DNA of 19,393 bases from an archaeon. GTDB taxonomy: Archaea > Iainarchaeota > Iainarchaeia > Iainarchaeales > JAAZKV01. The notes under the pieces were generated by a model. That model searched no databases. It saw only the letters and a list, made by a program, of their open reading frames with translations, and was not told where the DNA came from. A program made the position numbers and the translations under genes. Location: assembly GCA_036170245.1 (NCBI GenBank), contig JAVHOV010000006.1, positions 1-19,393 of the forward strand. The letters are read 5' to 3'. This document shows, one piece after another, positions 1 to 10,739 of the stretch. Numbering within the stretch: position 1 is the first letter of the stretch; each line of letters begins with the position of its first letter.

Positions 1-602
1 AATTATTAAATCTTCAAGATGTTGATGCATCAATTGACGGAACAGGATTTTCAAACACTAACCCAAGTCATTATTATCAGAAACGTATTGACGGTAAAGA
101 GGTCAAAAACTATACAAAAACAGTGTTTTTGACCGATAATAAAACCAAATTGATTTTGAATCTAAAAACAACAACTGATCATTCGCATGAAACAAATTAT
201 TTTAAACAAACAGTTTCTGAAGTTGCAGATTGTTTGAAAATGATTCTTGCAGACAAAGGTTACGATTCGACGTCAAACAGAAAATTTTGTTGGAAACAAA
301 ATATCGAAGTTCATATTCCTTTTAGAAAATGGGGTGAATCAAGAATGCAAGAATATGGGACGCCTTCTATACGCAAAATGCATGAAAAGAAATTTAGTAA
401 AATTAAGTACAATCAACGTTCACTTATCGAGTCTGTGAATTCTGCTATCAAACAAACCCTCGGAGGGTTTGTTAGAGCTCGCAGTGCGAGCAATCAACAA
501 AAAACAGTAACAATCAAAGCACTAGCATACAACATCGAACACATCGGACGAATCATAAAAATTAAGCTTTGGATACAAACCAAATAGGATTTCTACAGAA
601 CC
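1..602 (+). mobile_element. IS5-family insertion sequence, right-hand part (left end outside window)
   Basis: DDE transposase ORF is open from the window edge to 587. It is followed immediately by GGATTTCTACAGAACC (587-602), which resembles right terminal inverted repeats of archaeal IS5-type elements (from recall; left IR not visible). Confidence 0.75.
3..587 (+). CDS. IS5-family DDE transposase, 5'-truncated by window
   Basis: Frame is open upstream of the ORF-track start (LLNLQDVDASIDGTGFSNTNPSHYY...). DDE motifs IDGTG, ADKGYD and YNQRSLIESVNSAIK. Confidence 0.9.
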   Translation, partial: LLNLQDVDASIDGTGFSNTNPSHYYQKRIDGKEVKNYTKTVFLTDNKTKLILNLKTTTDHSHETNYFKQTVSEVADCLKMILADKGYDSTSNRKFCWKQNIEVHIPFRKWGESRMQEYGTPSIRKMHEKKFSKIKYNQRSLIESVNSAIKQTLGGFVRARSASNQQKTVTIKALAYNIEHIGRIIKIKLWIQTK

Positions 603-650
603 ATGCATAATAAAATAATTAAATACAAAGAAACATAACATATTTTCATA

Positions 651-2432
651 ATGGTTGAATTTGTTTTTGTAAGTATTAGCAGAATTCCTCTAAGACAAAG
701 AGTACTAATGGATAAATTAGAGGAAAAGGGGATTAGCACTAAAATAATTTCAATGCAAACATTATACTCAAACATATTTGATGAAAAGGGAGAAGACAGT
801 TTTCTTAAAAAGAAAAAAACTGAAGAATTCAAAGCAGGGGTTGATGCTTACTTACAAGGAGTAAAAAGCAAAATAGAAGGAGCCCAGTTTTTTGGAATGA
901 CCCTCTTTGATACAATTGGGGAAAAGGAAACAAGCTTTGTTATTTCAAAAGCAATAAAAAAATATTTTCTAAAAAGTACGCTTATTGCGGGAGGACCAGC
1001 ATTTAATTCAAATCCAAATGCATTTCTAAAAGAATCTGGCGCGGATTATGCTTTACGCGGAGAAGCAGAAAACACCCTACCAAAATTAATTGAAATATTA
1101 TCAAAAAGAAAAGAAGGAAGAATTGAAGACATCCAAGGAATAATGTTTAAAAAAGAAGGAAGAATATACTCCCACTCGCAGGCAGCAAAACTTACGCCTC
1201 AAGAAATACAAAATTCAAAATTTACTTATGTAAAAGAAGGAAACATTGCTTTCACATATTCTGAACGAGGGCGCAAAAATGCATGCATATTCTGCACAAT
1301 TCCAAGAAAAGGAAACCCAATAATGATCAAAACAGAAACAATTATTGAAGGGATGGAAAAACTAGCAGAAAATAAAAACATAAAACAAATTTCATTCTTG
1401 GATGATCACTTCTTTAGTGACACAAAAAGAGCAAATGAGCTCTTAGATGAAATCATAAAAAGAAAATTAAACAAAAGATTTGTTTTTGACTGTGCAGCAA
1501 CAATTGAATCGTTGTTGAAAAATGGAAAACCAAATTTAGCATTCATGCGAAAAATAAAAAGGGCAGGAATTTTAGGAATGGAAATAGGGCTTGAAGCACT
1601 CAATGACAATATGCTAAGAGAGCTAAAAGGAAACAGATACACAAAAGTACAAGCAATTGAAGTGCTAAAAGCTCTCAAAAAAACAGGCCTTGCCACAAAC
1701 AACTATCTTCTCGCTGGAGGAATAAACACAAGAGCAAGGGATTTTATGGACTCATACTACTCAGCACTAAGACTTGAAATGAAAGGAACTGCAAATTTTT
1801 ATACAACTGCAATGATTGGAGCAACAAAGAAAACCCCCATCTACAAACAAGCTGAAAAAGAAAATTCTTTATTTACAATGACTGGCAGAAAGGTAGGGCC
1901 ATTAAGAGAAGGAAGAACAGGTTTTAGACTTGCAATACCAAAAGATGAAGAATTAAGAAAATTATTCCTTGAAAAGTTAAGAAAGAGACAAGGAAGACAA
2001 CTTACTTCAGAGGATTTGCCAAGAGTAATAAAAATGGGACAAGAATCAAAAGATTTAGTTGCACAAAAATATGCAAGAAAACTCCAAAGAATCCAAGGAG
2101 AAGACAACGCAACAACAACCATGCTTGAAAAAATTGCAAACAATGTTAGAGCACACTTTGCTGCAAGAGAAATGCAAAAACAAGGAATCAAATTTACTAT
2201 TCCTAATTTGAAAAAATTCTTACAAAACCCAAAAATAAAAGAAGCAGTAAACTCGCTCGCATACAAAACATATTAATCATATATGACACAAATGATTGCT
2301 TCAAGAAAATTAAAAGGAATAGAAAGGCTTAGAGCTATACAAAAAATGAGAAAAACAACAGGAATTGGACAAACCTTTGAATTTAATCAAAAAAAATTTA
2401 ACAAATTGCACGCCGGCAGAAAGGTTAGTTAA
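651..2432 (+). pseudogene. B12-binding-domain radical SAM protein, probably inactivated (ORF 651-2276 plus in-frame tail to 2432)
   Basis: B12-domain motifs IAGGP and ADYALRGEAE; rSAM core FLDDHF and IGLEALND. The cluster motif reads RGRKNACIFC (RxxxCxxC; CGC at 1272-1274 where TGC is expected). TAA at 2274-2276 is followed by 51 more open in-frame codons ending at TAA 2430-2432. Confidence 0.65.
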
Positions 2433-2539
2433 CTATTTATAAGTAACCTCTTACGCAAGTATATTTGGAAACACTAAAGGGAATTATTTTTAGCCAAAAA
2501 TATTCTCAAAAAAGTATTTCCACACTTGAGGTGAAAAGG

Positions 2540-3496
2540 ATGGCTGCAAAAAAGATTGAAAGAATAGAAGATTTACCAGGAATTGGAGAAGGAGCTGCTA
2601 AGAAATTAGAAGAAGCAGGATACAAAACGCTTGAAGCAATGGCTGTAGCAAGCACAAGCGAATTAAAAGAAATTGCGGGACTAGGAGAAGGAACTGCAGA
2701 AAAAGCAATCAAAGCTGCAAGAGATGCACTTGATATGGGATTTGAAACAGCTGACATATTAGCTGAAAAAAGAAAACTAATTGGAAAAATAACTACAGGA
2801 AGCAAAGAACTTGATACACTAATTGGCGGAGGAATTGAAACACAATCAATTACCGAAGTATATGGAAAAATGGCAAGCGGAAAATCACAGTGGTGCTTTC
2901 AAACTGCAGTAACTGTACAACTACCAGTTGAACAAGGGGGACTTGCAGGAGGGTGCTTGTATATTGACTCAGAAAATTCTTTCAGACCTGAAAGAGTAAT
3001 ACAAGTTGCAAAGAAATTTGGACTTGATGTTGATGAAATTTTAAAAAACATTCATGTTGCAAGAGCATACAATGCAGAACACCAAATGATTTTGGCTGAC
3101 AAAGCTGCAGAAATGATTCCTGAAAAAAATATTAAATTATTAATAATTGATTCACTCACCGCACAATTCCGTTCAGAATTTGTTGGAAGAGGAACTCTAG
3201 CTGAAAGACAGCAAAAACTAAACAAACACATGAGAACACTACAGAAAATTGCAGAAATGCAAAACGTTGCAATACTTGTAACAAACCAAGTAATGTCAAG
3301 ACCTGATGTTTTGTTTGGAGATCCAACTGAACCAGTTGGAGGAAACGTTGTAGGACACGCAAGCAAAACTCGATTGTATTTAAGAAAAAGTAAAGAAGAC
3401 AAGAGAGTTGCAAAACTAGTTGATTCACCAGCACTGCCTGATGGAGAAGCATTATACAGAATTACTGAAAATGGAATTGAAGATACTGAAGAATAA
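2540..3496 (+). CDS. radA: DNA repair and recombination protein RadA
   Basis: N-terminal HhH (IEDLPGIG), GFETA polymerisation motif, Walker A GKMASGKS, IIDSLTAQFRSEFVGRGTLAERQQKL, RVAKLVDSP. ATG 2540 is preceded by SD GAGGTGA (2528-2534). Confidence 0.97.
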   Translation: MAAKKIERIEDLPGIGEGAAKKLEEAGYKTLEAMAVASTSELKEIAGLGEGTAEKAIKAARDALDMGFETADILAEKRKLIGKITTGSKELDTLIGGGIETQSITEVYGKMASGKSQWCFQTAVTVQLPVEQGGLAGGCLYIDSENSFRPERVIQVAKKFGLDVDEILKNIHVARAYNAEHQMILADKAAEMIPEKNIKLLIIDSLTAQFRSEFVGRGTLAERQQKLNKHMRTLQKIAEMQNVAILVTNQVMSRPDVLFGDPTEPVGGNVVGHASKTRLYLRKSKEDKRVAKLVDSPALPDGEALYRITENGIEDTEE

Positions 3497-3521
3497 AAAA
3501 AATCCAAATAAACTATTTAGG

Positions 3522-3551
3522 GCCTGCTGATTTAGCAGGCTTTTATTTTTT
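3522..3551 (+). terminator. Hairpin plus T-tract after radA
   Basis: GCCTGCT-gattt-AGCAGGC followed by TTTTATTTTTT. Confidence 0.65.
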
Positions 3552-3571
3552 AACTAAATTTGGTGTTAAAA

Positions 3572-3835
3572 ATGTACAAAATTGATTTTATAGATGAATG
3601 GGACAGACACTTTAAAAAATTTGATAAAAACATCCAGCAAATAATAATTAAAAAAATAGAAAAACAAACCGAAGGAACAAAAACAAGACACTTAAAATTA
3701 GGTATTGACTTTTATGTAGTTGAATTAGGACAATACAGAATAGCAATAAAAATTGAAGAAGAAAAAAGAATTAAAGAAATTTGGTTTGTGGGAAACCACA
3801 AGCAATATGAAAAATGGTACAAAAGCTTCTTTTGA
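3572..3835 (+). CDS. RelE/ParE-superfamily toxin-like protein
   Basis: 87 aa with RelE-type pattern MYKIDF...FKKFDKNIQQIIIKKIEK...GQYRIAIKI...IWFVGNHKQYE. ATG 3572 has GGTG upstream. Confidence 0.75.
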   Translation: MYKIDFIDEWDRHFKKFDKNIQQIIIKKIEKQTEGTKTRHLKLGIDFYVVELGQYRIAIKIEEEKRIKEIWFVGNHKQYEKWYKSFF

Positions 3836-3877
3836 AAGCTTTATATATTTTTTGTATAAAAAACATATGTGATAAAA

Positions 3878-4144
3878 ATGGATACTTTAGTCAACATAAA
3901 CGGCGTTCCCGAAACAGTATTAAATCTGCTAATGGAAAGAGGATATTTCAAAACAAAAGCTGAAGTAATACGTGCAGGAATAATTGAACTTGGAAACAAA
4001 TATGGAATGGATTTGAAAACTCCTGAGGATTTAGAGATGATGCTTGTAGCACTAAGAATAAAAAAAGAAGAGAAGGAAATGAAGAAAAAAGGAAAAAAGG
4101 TTTTAAGCTTAGAGCAAGTAAAGAAAAAATATAATTTAAAATAA
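3878..4144 (+). CDS. Ribbon-helix-helix (CopG/ParD-like) putative antitoxin
   Basis: beta-helix-helix pattern TLVNI...LNLLMERGYFKTKAEVIRAGI and a C-terminal LSLEQVKKKY segment typical of RelB-type antitoxins. Lies next to the toxin and has its own TATA-like TTTATATA at 3840-3847. Confidence 0.7.
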   Translation: MDTLVNINGVPETVLNLLMERGYFKTKAEVIRAGIIELGNKYGMDLKTPEDLEMMLVALRIKKEEKEMKKKGKKVLSLEQVKKKYNLK

Positions 4145-4152
4145 AAAAATAA

Positions 4153-5295
<1,143 letters not shown>

Positions 5296-5397
5296 TTAAA
5301 TGGGGTGAAAAGGATATTTAATTCTACTTTGAAAGAATAAAAAGCAAGAATAAAACAAAACTAAGGGATTTAAGCTTTTTCTAATAAGAATTAAGTT

Positions 5398-5663
<266 letters not shown>

Positions 5664-5811
5664 ATAAAAACAACCAAAACCAGCCATTCTTATTCAAATC
5701 GGCAAAATAAGCCATTATAATCCAAATTAGAAAGAGCTAATTTTTCGTTAAAAAACAAAAGGTTTTTATATTCAAAAAACGTTCAATTAACACCGAAAGG
5801 TGACTTAAAAA

Positions 5812-5988
5812 ATGGTTTTTGAAAAGAAAATGTCAGTAAAAGATTTAATTGAACAAATGAGAGAAGAACTAAAAAAAGAGCAGGACGAAATAGCACCAAC
5901 AAGAGCAGCTAGAACACAAAAGAAAAAACCGGCTAAAAAAGTTGCTGCTAAAAAAGCAAAAACAGTTAAGAAAAAGAAAAGAAAATGA
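5812..5988 (+). CDS. Small basic protein (58 aa) with Lys/Ala-rich histone-H1-like tail; missing from ORF track
   Basis: MVFEKKMSVKDLIEQMREELKKEQDEIAPTRAARTQKKKPAKKVAAKKAKTVKKKKRK. SD AGGTGA at 5798-5803 and TATA-like TTTTTATA at about 5763. Confidence 0.75.
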   Translation: MVFEKKMSVKDLIEQMREELKKEQDEIAPTRAARTQKKKPAKKVAAKKAKTVKKKKRK

Positions 5989-6017
5989 AAAACCTTTTTT
6001 AGATTTTTCATTTTTTT
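5982..6017. terminator. Inverted repeat between convergent genes
   Basis: AAAATGAAAAA (5982-5992) pairs with TTTTTCATTTT (6004-6014), followed by a T-run. Confidence 0.45.
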
Positions 6018-6041
6018 AAAAATGTTGTTTTTGAAAAAGAC

Positions 6042-6371
6042 TTACTCCTTTTCTTTCTTAGTCTCCTTTTTAATTTCCTTCTCAGTTTCCTTAATTAATT
6101 TAGATAAAACTTCAGAAACTACTTCAAACAACTTCCACCCTTCTGCACTAGCATAGAATTTCTTTACACCTATTGTAAGAGTACCGTGAATTTCATGCTG
6201 AACTCTTAACCCACCCTTAGCATAATCTTTCAAAGCAAGCTGCAACTTTGTGTTTGTTCCAACTTTCTTAAAAAATCTCTCAAGGGACTTCTCAAAAAAA
6301 GCTAAATCAACCTCATCAATTTTATCAAATTTCACTAATGTTACATTAGGAAAATTCTCTAGTACAACCAT
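6042..6371 (-). CDS. HPF/RaiA (S30EA)-fold protein, putative ribosome hibernation factor
   Basis: 109 aa, beta-alpha-beta-beta-beta-alpha pattern ending HEIHGTL...FYASAEGWKLFEVVSEVLSKLIKE, matching the HPF C-terminal signature. SD GGAGG at 6379-6383. Confidence 0.6.
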   Translation of the reverse strand: MVVLENFPNVTLVKFDKIDEVDLAFFEKSLERFFKKVGTNTKLQLALKDYAKGGLRVQHEIHGTLTIGVKKFYASAEGWKLFEVVSEVLSKLIKETEKEIKKETKKEKE

Positions 6372-6448
6372 ACAAAAACCTCCAAAAAATACTCTTGATA
6401 AAATAAGTACTACCTAACTCATTAAAAAAGAATTGACTCATATCCATA

Positions 6449-8209
6449 ATGATGCTTATTGACGAAAAAAATGAAAATTACCCTTTTCTTTGGGAACAAC
6501 TGGAAAAACACACCCCAAAAGAATATGAAAGAATAAAAAGAGTGTGTGAAACTCTTTTGAAAAAAGATTTGCCAAAAAGCACAATAGAAGGAATCATACT
6601 AAAAACAATACTAAAAGAAAAAGAACTATCTGCTGAAGAAAAACAAAAATTTAGTTCAGAAGCAAACACTATTGCGGAAAACATGATACAAATAGAAGAA
6701 GTAATTCAAAGAAACTATTCAAAAATTCCAAGCGAAACAATAACCTCAATTATTCTTACTCTTCCAGAAGATTTCCAACCAATAATTGCAGAAATTGAAG
6801 AGACAACTGATGCTTTATTCAATAAAGAAAAAATGAGTTATGAAAACAAATATGCTCAAAAAGCAAGCGAAATATGGCTTCCATTAGCCGTTAAAATTGG
6901 AATGAGCGACTGCGAATGGAAAATACAGGATTTTGCATTTAAAATAATTACCCCCCAAGGTTTTGACAAAATAAAAAAACTTGTAAACAAAACAAGAGAA
7001 GAAAGAGAAGCACTTATTGAAGAAGTAAGAAAAGAAATACAAAAACTTCTTGAAGGAAAAATAAACGCTACAATTGTTGGAAGACCAAAAAGCTTCAAAT
7101 CAATTTTTGATAAACTCAAAAAAACAACATTTGAAAAAATGCATGATATTTATGGGATAAGAATAATCTGTGACAAAGAAAAAGACTGCTATGAAGCACT
7201 CGGGCTTGTCCACTCAAAATATGAAATAATACAAGAAGCTTTTGATGATTATATTTCAAAACCAAAACCAGACGGATACAAAAGCATACACACTGCAGTA
7301 CGAAGAAAAAATGATGTAATTGAGGTGCAAATCAGAACCTGGGCACACCACTTAAGAATCACGGGAGAATCATACTGGACTTACAAAAAAGTTTCAAAAG
7401 ATAATATGTTTGAAAAAGAATTAAGCTGGGAAAGACAATTACTTGAATGGCAAAAAGCTACTGGAAAAGAAAGAACAAACAAAAAAGTGGTTGGAAATAA
7501 ATTATTTATTTTTACTCCAAAAAATGATGCAATTGCTCTCCCTAAAGGCGCAACGGTAATTGATTTTGCTTTTGCAGTACACACGGATGTGGGAAAAAAA
7601 GCGGAGAAAGCAAAAATTAACGGGCAATTTGCACCGCTTGAAACAAAACTAACCAACTTAGACAAAGTAGAAATTATTACTAATGAAAAACCCCAAATGA
7701 AAAAGAATTGGTTGCAAAACGCAGTAACTGAAAAAGCTAAAGGAAAAATTAAAACTTTCTTTGGAATGATTAAAAAGAAAGAAAAAAAAGAAACTAAACT
7801 TGATACAAAAAATACTAAAAAAATAAAAATGGCTGAATGCTGCCACCCCCTGCCCGGAGAAGATGTAATTGGGGTTAAAACAACAAAAAGAAAAATAATT
7901 GTACACAAAAAAGATTGTGTTAATATTTCAAAAATAAGCAAAGACAAATTAGTAAACATTGACTTTGAAAGAGAAAAAGGAGAAACAGGAGTAAGAGTTA
8001 AAGCAATTGACAGACCGGGGCTTTTAGGAGAAATCTTAGAAGAAATCAAAAATTCTCAAGCAACCCTCAAAAACACTAATTTCAAAATAAAAAAGAACGG
8101 ATATGCTGACGCAATCTTTATTTTAGAAATCAAAAGTGCTCAAAAACTTGAGAAACTAATTGAAAAAATTGCAGATATTCCTTCAGTGCAGTTAGCTGAA
8201 AGAATTTAA
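6449..8209 (+). CDS. Long RelA/SpoT homolog: degenerate HD, (p)ppGpp synthetase, TGS, ZFD, ACT/RRM
   Basis: Synthetase motifs GRPKS, DIYGIRII, DDYISKPKPDGYKSIHT, EVQIRT. TGS FTPK...LPKGATVIDFAFAVHTDVG. ZFD AECCHPLPGE...HKKDC. ACT DRPGLLGEI. No HDxxED hydrolase motif. Confidence 0.93.
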   Translation: MMLIDEKNENYPFLWEQLEKHTPKEYERIKRVCETLLKKDLPKSTIEGIILKTILKEKELSAEEKQKFSSEANTIAENMIQIEEVIQRNYSKIPSETITSIILTLPEDFQPIIAEIEETTDALFNKEKMSYENKYAQKASEIWLPLAVKIGMSDCEWKIQDFAFKIITPQGFDKIKKLVNKTREEREALIEEVRKEIQKLLEGKINATIVGRPKSFKSIFDKLKKTTFEKMHDIYGIRIICDKEKDCYEALGLVHSKYEIIQEAFDDYISKPKPDGYKSIHTAVRRKNDVIEVQIRTWAHHLRITGESYWTYKKVSKDNMFEKELSWERQLLEWQKATGKERTNKKVVGNKLFIFTPKNDAIALPKGATVIDFAFAVHTDVGKKAEKAKINGQFAPLETKLTNLDKVEIITNEKPQMKKNWLQNAVTEKAKGKIKTFFGMIKKKEKKETKLDTKNTKKIKMAECCHPLPGEDVIGVKTTKRKIIVHKKDCVNISKISKDKLVNIDFEREKGETGVRVKAIDRPGLLGEILEEIKNSQATLKNTNFKIKKNGYADAIFILEIKSAQKLEKLIEKIADIPSVQLAERI

Positions 8210-8277
8210 TTTCTTAAAAACATCTAAAACGTATTTATTTAAACCATTTTAACACAATCCTAAAAGGAAGTGATTGG

Positions 8278-9444
8278 ATGAAACCTATACTACAAATAAT
8301 TATGTTTGCTACACTCATAGCATTAATTGGAACAGCTTTTGCTGCATTCCCAGAAGTAACCCAAGTGAGTTACACACCAAGTCCTGCAATACCAGGAACA
8401 ACAATAACTTTTTTGGTACAGTTAGAAAATAAAGATTCAACAGCACAAAAAGGAGTAACTGTTAGTTTAGAAGACACATACCCTTTTACTGTAAAATCAA
8501 CCGAAACTGAATCAAACCCAAGAGTTGTTGGAAATATTGATGCTTTTGGTAAGGCTTTAATTCAATTCACTCTATATGTTGATTCAACAGCAGAAAACAA
8601 AACATATTCAATCCCTGTTATAATAAAAGTGCAAGGGGACGAAAGCGGGAAGAAAACAAACCACAACATACTTGTTAGTGGAAAAAATCCAATTGTAAAA
8701 ATAGTTTCAGTAACTGAAGAAAAATTACTTCCTGGAGAAGAAAAAGAAATTAACTTTACTTTACAAAATGTAGGGACAAGCCCAGCAAATTATGTTGTTC
8801 TTGAAATGCAAGAAGACAGAACAATTACTGCAACAGGCGCAATAGTTGAAAGAGATGTTACTTCACTAGGGGCAGCTGCAACTAATGTAGGAACAATAAA
8901 TCCGGGTGAAACAAAAATAGCCACATTAAAAGTTAGTGTAAGCAATACTGCAATAATAAAAAATTATACCCTTCCAATAATGATATCCTATAATGATCAA
9001 ACAGGAACAAGAACTTCAACTATTTCTTATGTAGGATTAAAGGTATTTGCTACAGCAGACCTTGATGCTACAATAAAGGAAAATCTGAACGGTTCAATAA
9101 CTGTAGAACTATTCAACAAAGGCTTAGGAAAAGCTGAATTTACTTTAGTAGAACTTGAAGCTACAGGGGCAACTATAGACAAACCAAAACAATTCATTGG
9201 AACTTTAGGGCCAAATGATGTAGACACTGTAAAAACAAACATAAACTACACACAAACAGATGCTACTCTAAAAGTAAAAATAAGTTACTTGGATTCTGAT
9301 GCAAAACAAAAAGTAAAAGAAATAATCCTAAACCCAAAAGGACAAATAGCAACACAAGAAGGGTCTAATTGGTTACTAATTCTTGTAGTACTAGTTGTAA
9401 TTGGGGCAGGAGTATACAACTTTGTTTTAAAGAAAAGAAAATAA
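8278..9444 (+). CDS. Secreted, membrane-anchored Ig-like (COG1361/CARDB-like, S-layer-domain) protein
   Basis: Signal peptide ending AFA, repeated PG.....F.L.N.G beta-sandwich motifs, C-terminal TM helix plus basic tail KKRK. Confidence 0.75.
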   Translation: MKPILQIIMFATLIALIGTAFAAFPEVTQVSYTPSPAIPGTTITFLVQLENKDSTAQKGVTVSLEDTYPFTVKSTETESNPRVVGNIDAFGKALIQFTLYVDSTAENKTYSIPVIIKVQGDESGKKTNHNILVSGKNPIVKIVSVTEEKLLPGEEKEINFTLQNVGTSPANYVVLEMQEDRTITATGAIVERDVTSLGAAATNVGTINPGETKIATLKVSVSNTAIIKNYTLPIMISYNDQTGTRTSTISYVGLKVFATADLDATIKENLNGSITVELFNKGLGKAEFTLVELEATGATIDKPKQFIGTLGPNDVDTVKTNINYTQTDATLKVKISYLDSDAKQKVKEIILNPKGQIATQEGSNWLLILVVLVVIGAGVYNFVLKKRK

Positions 9445-9457
9445 TTAATGTTAAATA

Positions 9458-9493
9458 AAATGTTGTGGTTTTATACCCCAACATTTCTTTTTT
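9458..9493. terminator. Hairpin between convergent genes
   Basis: AAATGTTG-TGGT...ACC-C-CAACATTT followed by a T-tract. Confidence 0.5.
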
Positions 9494-9831
9494 TAATCCT
9501 TCAATTTTAATTTCCAGCCAGCAGAGCGCACCAATGTTTTTGAAACAGGCTTTGAAACAAAAGGGATTTTGGCAGAAAAAAATTTTCTTGCAACCATTAA
9601 TTTTCTTGCAGCACTTTTTCTTTTTCTTGAAATGACCCTGACAATCGACTTGCTGTCAGGCTCGGTTGAGTTATACTCCCCAACAAAAAGCCTTTTTGGA
9701 TTTGCCAAACGATTAACCAACTTCAAACGAGTCTTTGCACTTCTTCCCGCAAAAAAAGAATCTCCAAATTCAATACGTGCTCTTGCCATTCTATTATGAT
9801 GAAGTCTTGCCTTAGATGCAACTAGTTTCAC
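9493..9831 (-). CDS. Highly basic hypothetical protein
   Basis: 112-aa Arg/Lys-rich ORF with GTG start 14 bp downstream of the KaiC-like gene; fills the intergenic space. Confidence 0.55.
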   Translation of the reverse strand: MKLVASKARLHHNRMARARIEFGDSFFAGRSAKTRLKLVNRLANPKRLFVGEYNSTEPDSKSIVRVISRKRKSAARKLMVARKFFSAKIPFVSKPVSKTLVRSAGWKLKLKD

Positions 9832-9845
9832 AAAAAGTCACTTTT

Positions 9846-10580
9846 TTATAATTTGTAATCATCTTCAACTTTTAAAATTTTTATTCCAGAATCTGTAATC
9901 TGCAAAGGATGCAAATCTTCATTATGTTTTGTTGCTCTCATCTTTCTTATGTGAAGAGTTCTGTTTGACTGAGTACCAATACCCATATAGTGAAGAACAA
10001 TTACTCCATCAGCAACAAATTCTTCAACACCATACTTTCCTAACTGCTTAGAATCTTCATTAATTTCAGTAGTAAACATTGTTGTAACACCAGCTCTTGC
10101 CAAAAGATAAATCATCTTCAAAACTGCCTTTCTAACATCCTGTTCATTATCTAAATTCAACCCTAAAGCAGGAATTGAATCAATAACAACACGCTTAGCT
10201 TTAATTTTCTTAATAGCCCTCATTAATTCCAACAATAACTTATCAAGATCAAACCCGGTTGCTGGCAGAGAAAATTCTTCATCACTTGGAATACCAAGTT
10301 TAGCCATTGTCCCATCAACAACCTTAATCATGCTAGAGTCTTCTAAAGCCCTCAAGTTCCAGCCAAATCTTAACATATCTTCTCTAATCAAATCAGGTCT
10401 TTCATCAAGAGTCAAATAAACTCCAGGCTCATTCATCTTTGCACCATTAACTAAAAATTGAGTAGCAAAAATAGTTTTACCAGTACCAGTTCCCCCTGAA
10501 ATAAGAAAAGCTCTTCCTTCAGGCAAGCCACCTTCAACTAACTCATCAAATCCTGTAATACCTGTTCTAACTCTATTCAT
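9846..10580 (-). CDS. Single-domain KaiC-like RecA-superfamily ATPase
   Basis: RVRTGITGFDEL..GGLP, Walker A GGTGTGKT, RVVIDS, EEFVADGVI, RTLHIRKMRAT. Confidence 0.9.
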   Translation of the reverse strand: MNRVRTGITGFDELVEGGLPEGRAFLISGGTGTGKTIFATQFLVNGAKMNEPGVYLTLDERPDLIREDMLRFGWNLRALEDSSMIKVVDGTMAKLGIPSDEEFSLPATGFDLDKLLLELMRAIKKIKAKRVVIDSIPALGLNLDNEQDVRKAVLKMIYLLARAGVTTMFTTEINEDSKQLGKYGVEEFVADGVIVLHYMGIGTQSNRTLHIRKMRATKHNEDLHPLQITDSGIKILKVEDDYKL

Positions 10581-10648
10581 AAAAATCAACTACTAAAATA
10601 GACTTTTGTGGATTATAAATCTTTTCACAAGACAAGAAAAAGAAAAAA

Positions 10649-10722
10649 TGGGACTGGCGAGATTTGAACTCGCGACACCATGGTCTTCAGCCATGTGCTC
10701 TCCCAGGCTGAGCTACAGTCCC
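10649..10722 (-). tRNA. tRNA-Phe(GAA)
   Basis: Acceptor GGGACTG/CAGTCCC, anticodon arm CATGG-CTGAAGA-CCATG, T loop TTCAAAT; CCA not encoded. Confidence 0.95.
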
Positions 10723-10739
10723 CTGGTAAACAAAATCTT

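Noticed and set aside
2274..2276. Stop-codon reassignment
   Set aside because: TAA terminates many clearly conserved genes here (radA, RSH, trm56), so the internal TAA is a lesion rather than recoding.
9846..10580. Circadian clock KaiC
   Set aside because: Single domain, no Ser/Thr phosphosite pair and no kaiA/kaiB; an ordinary archaeal KaiC-like ATPase.
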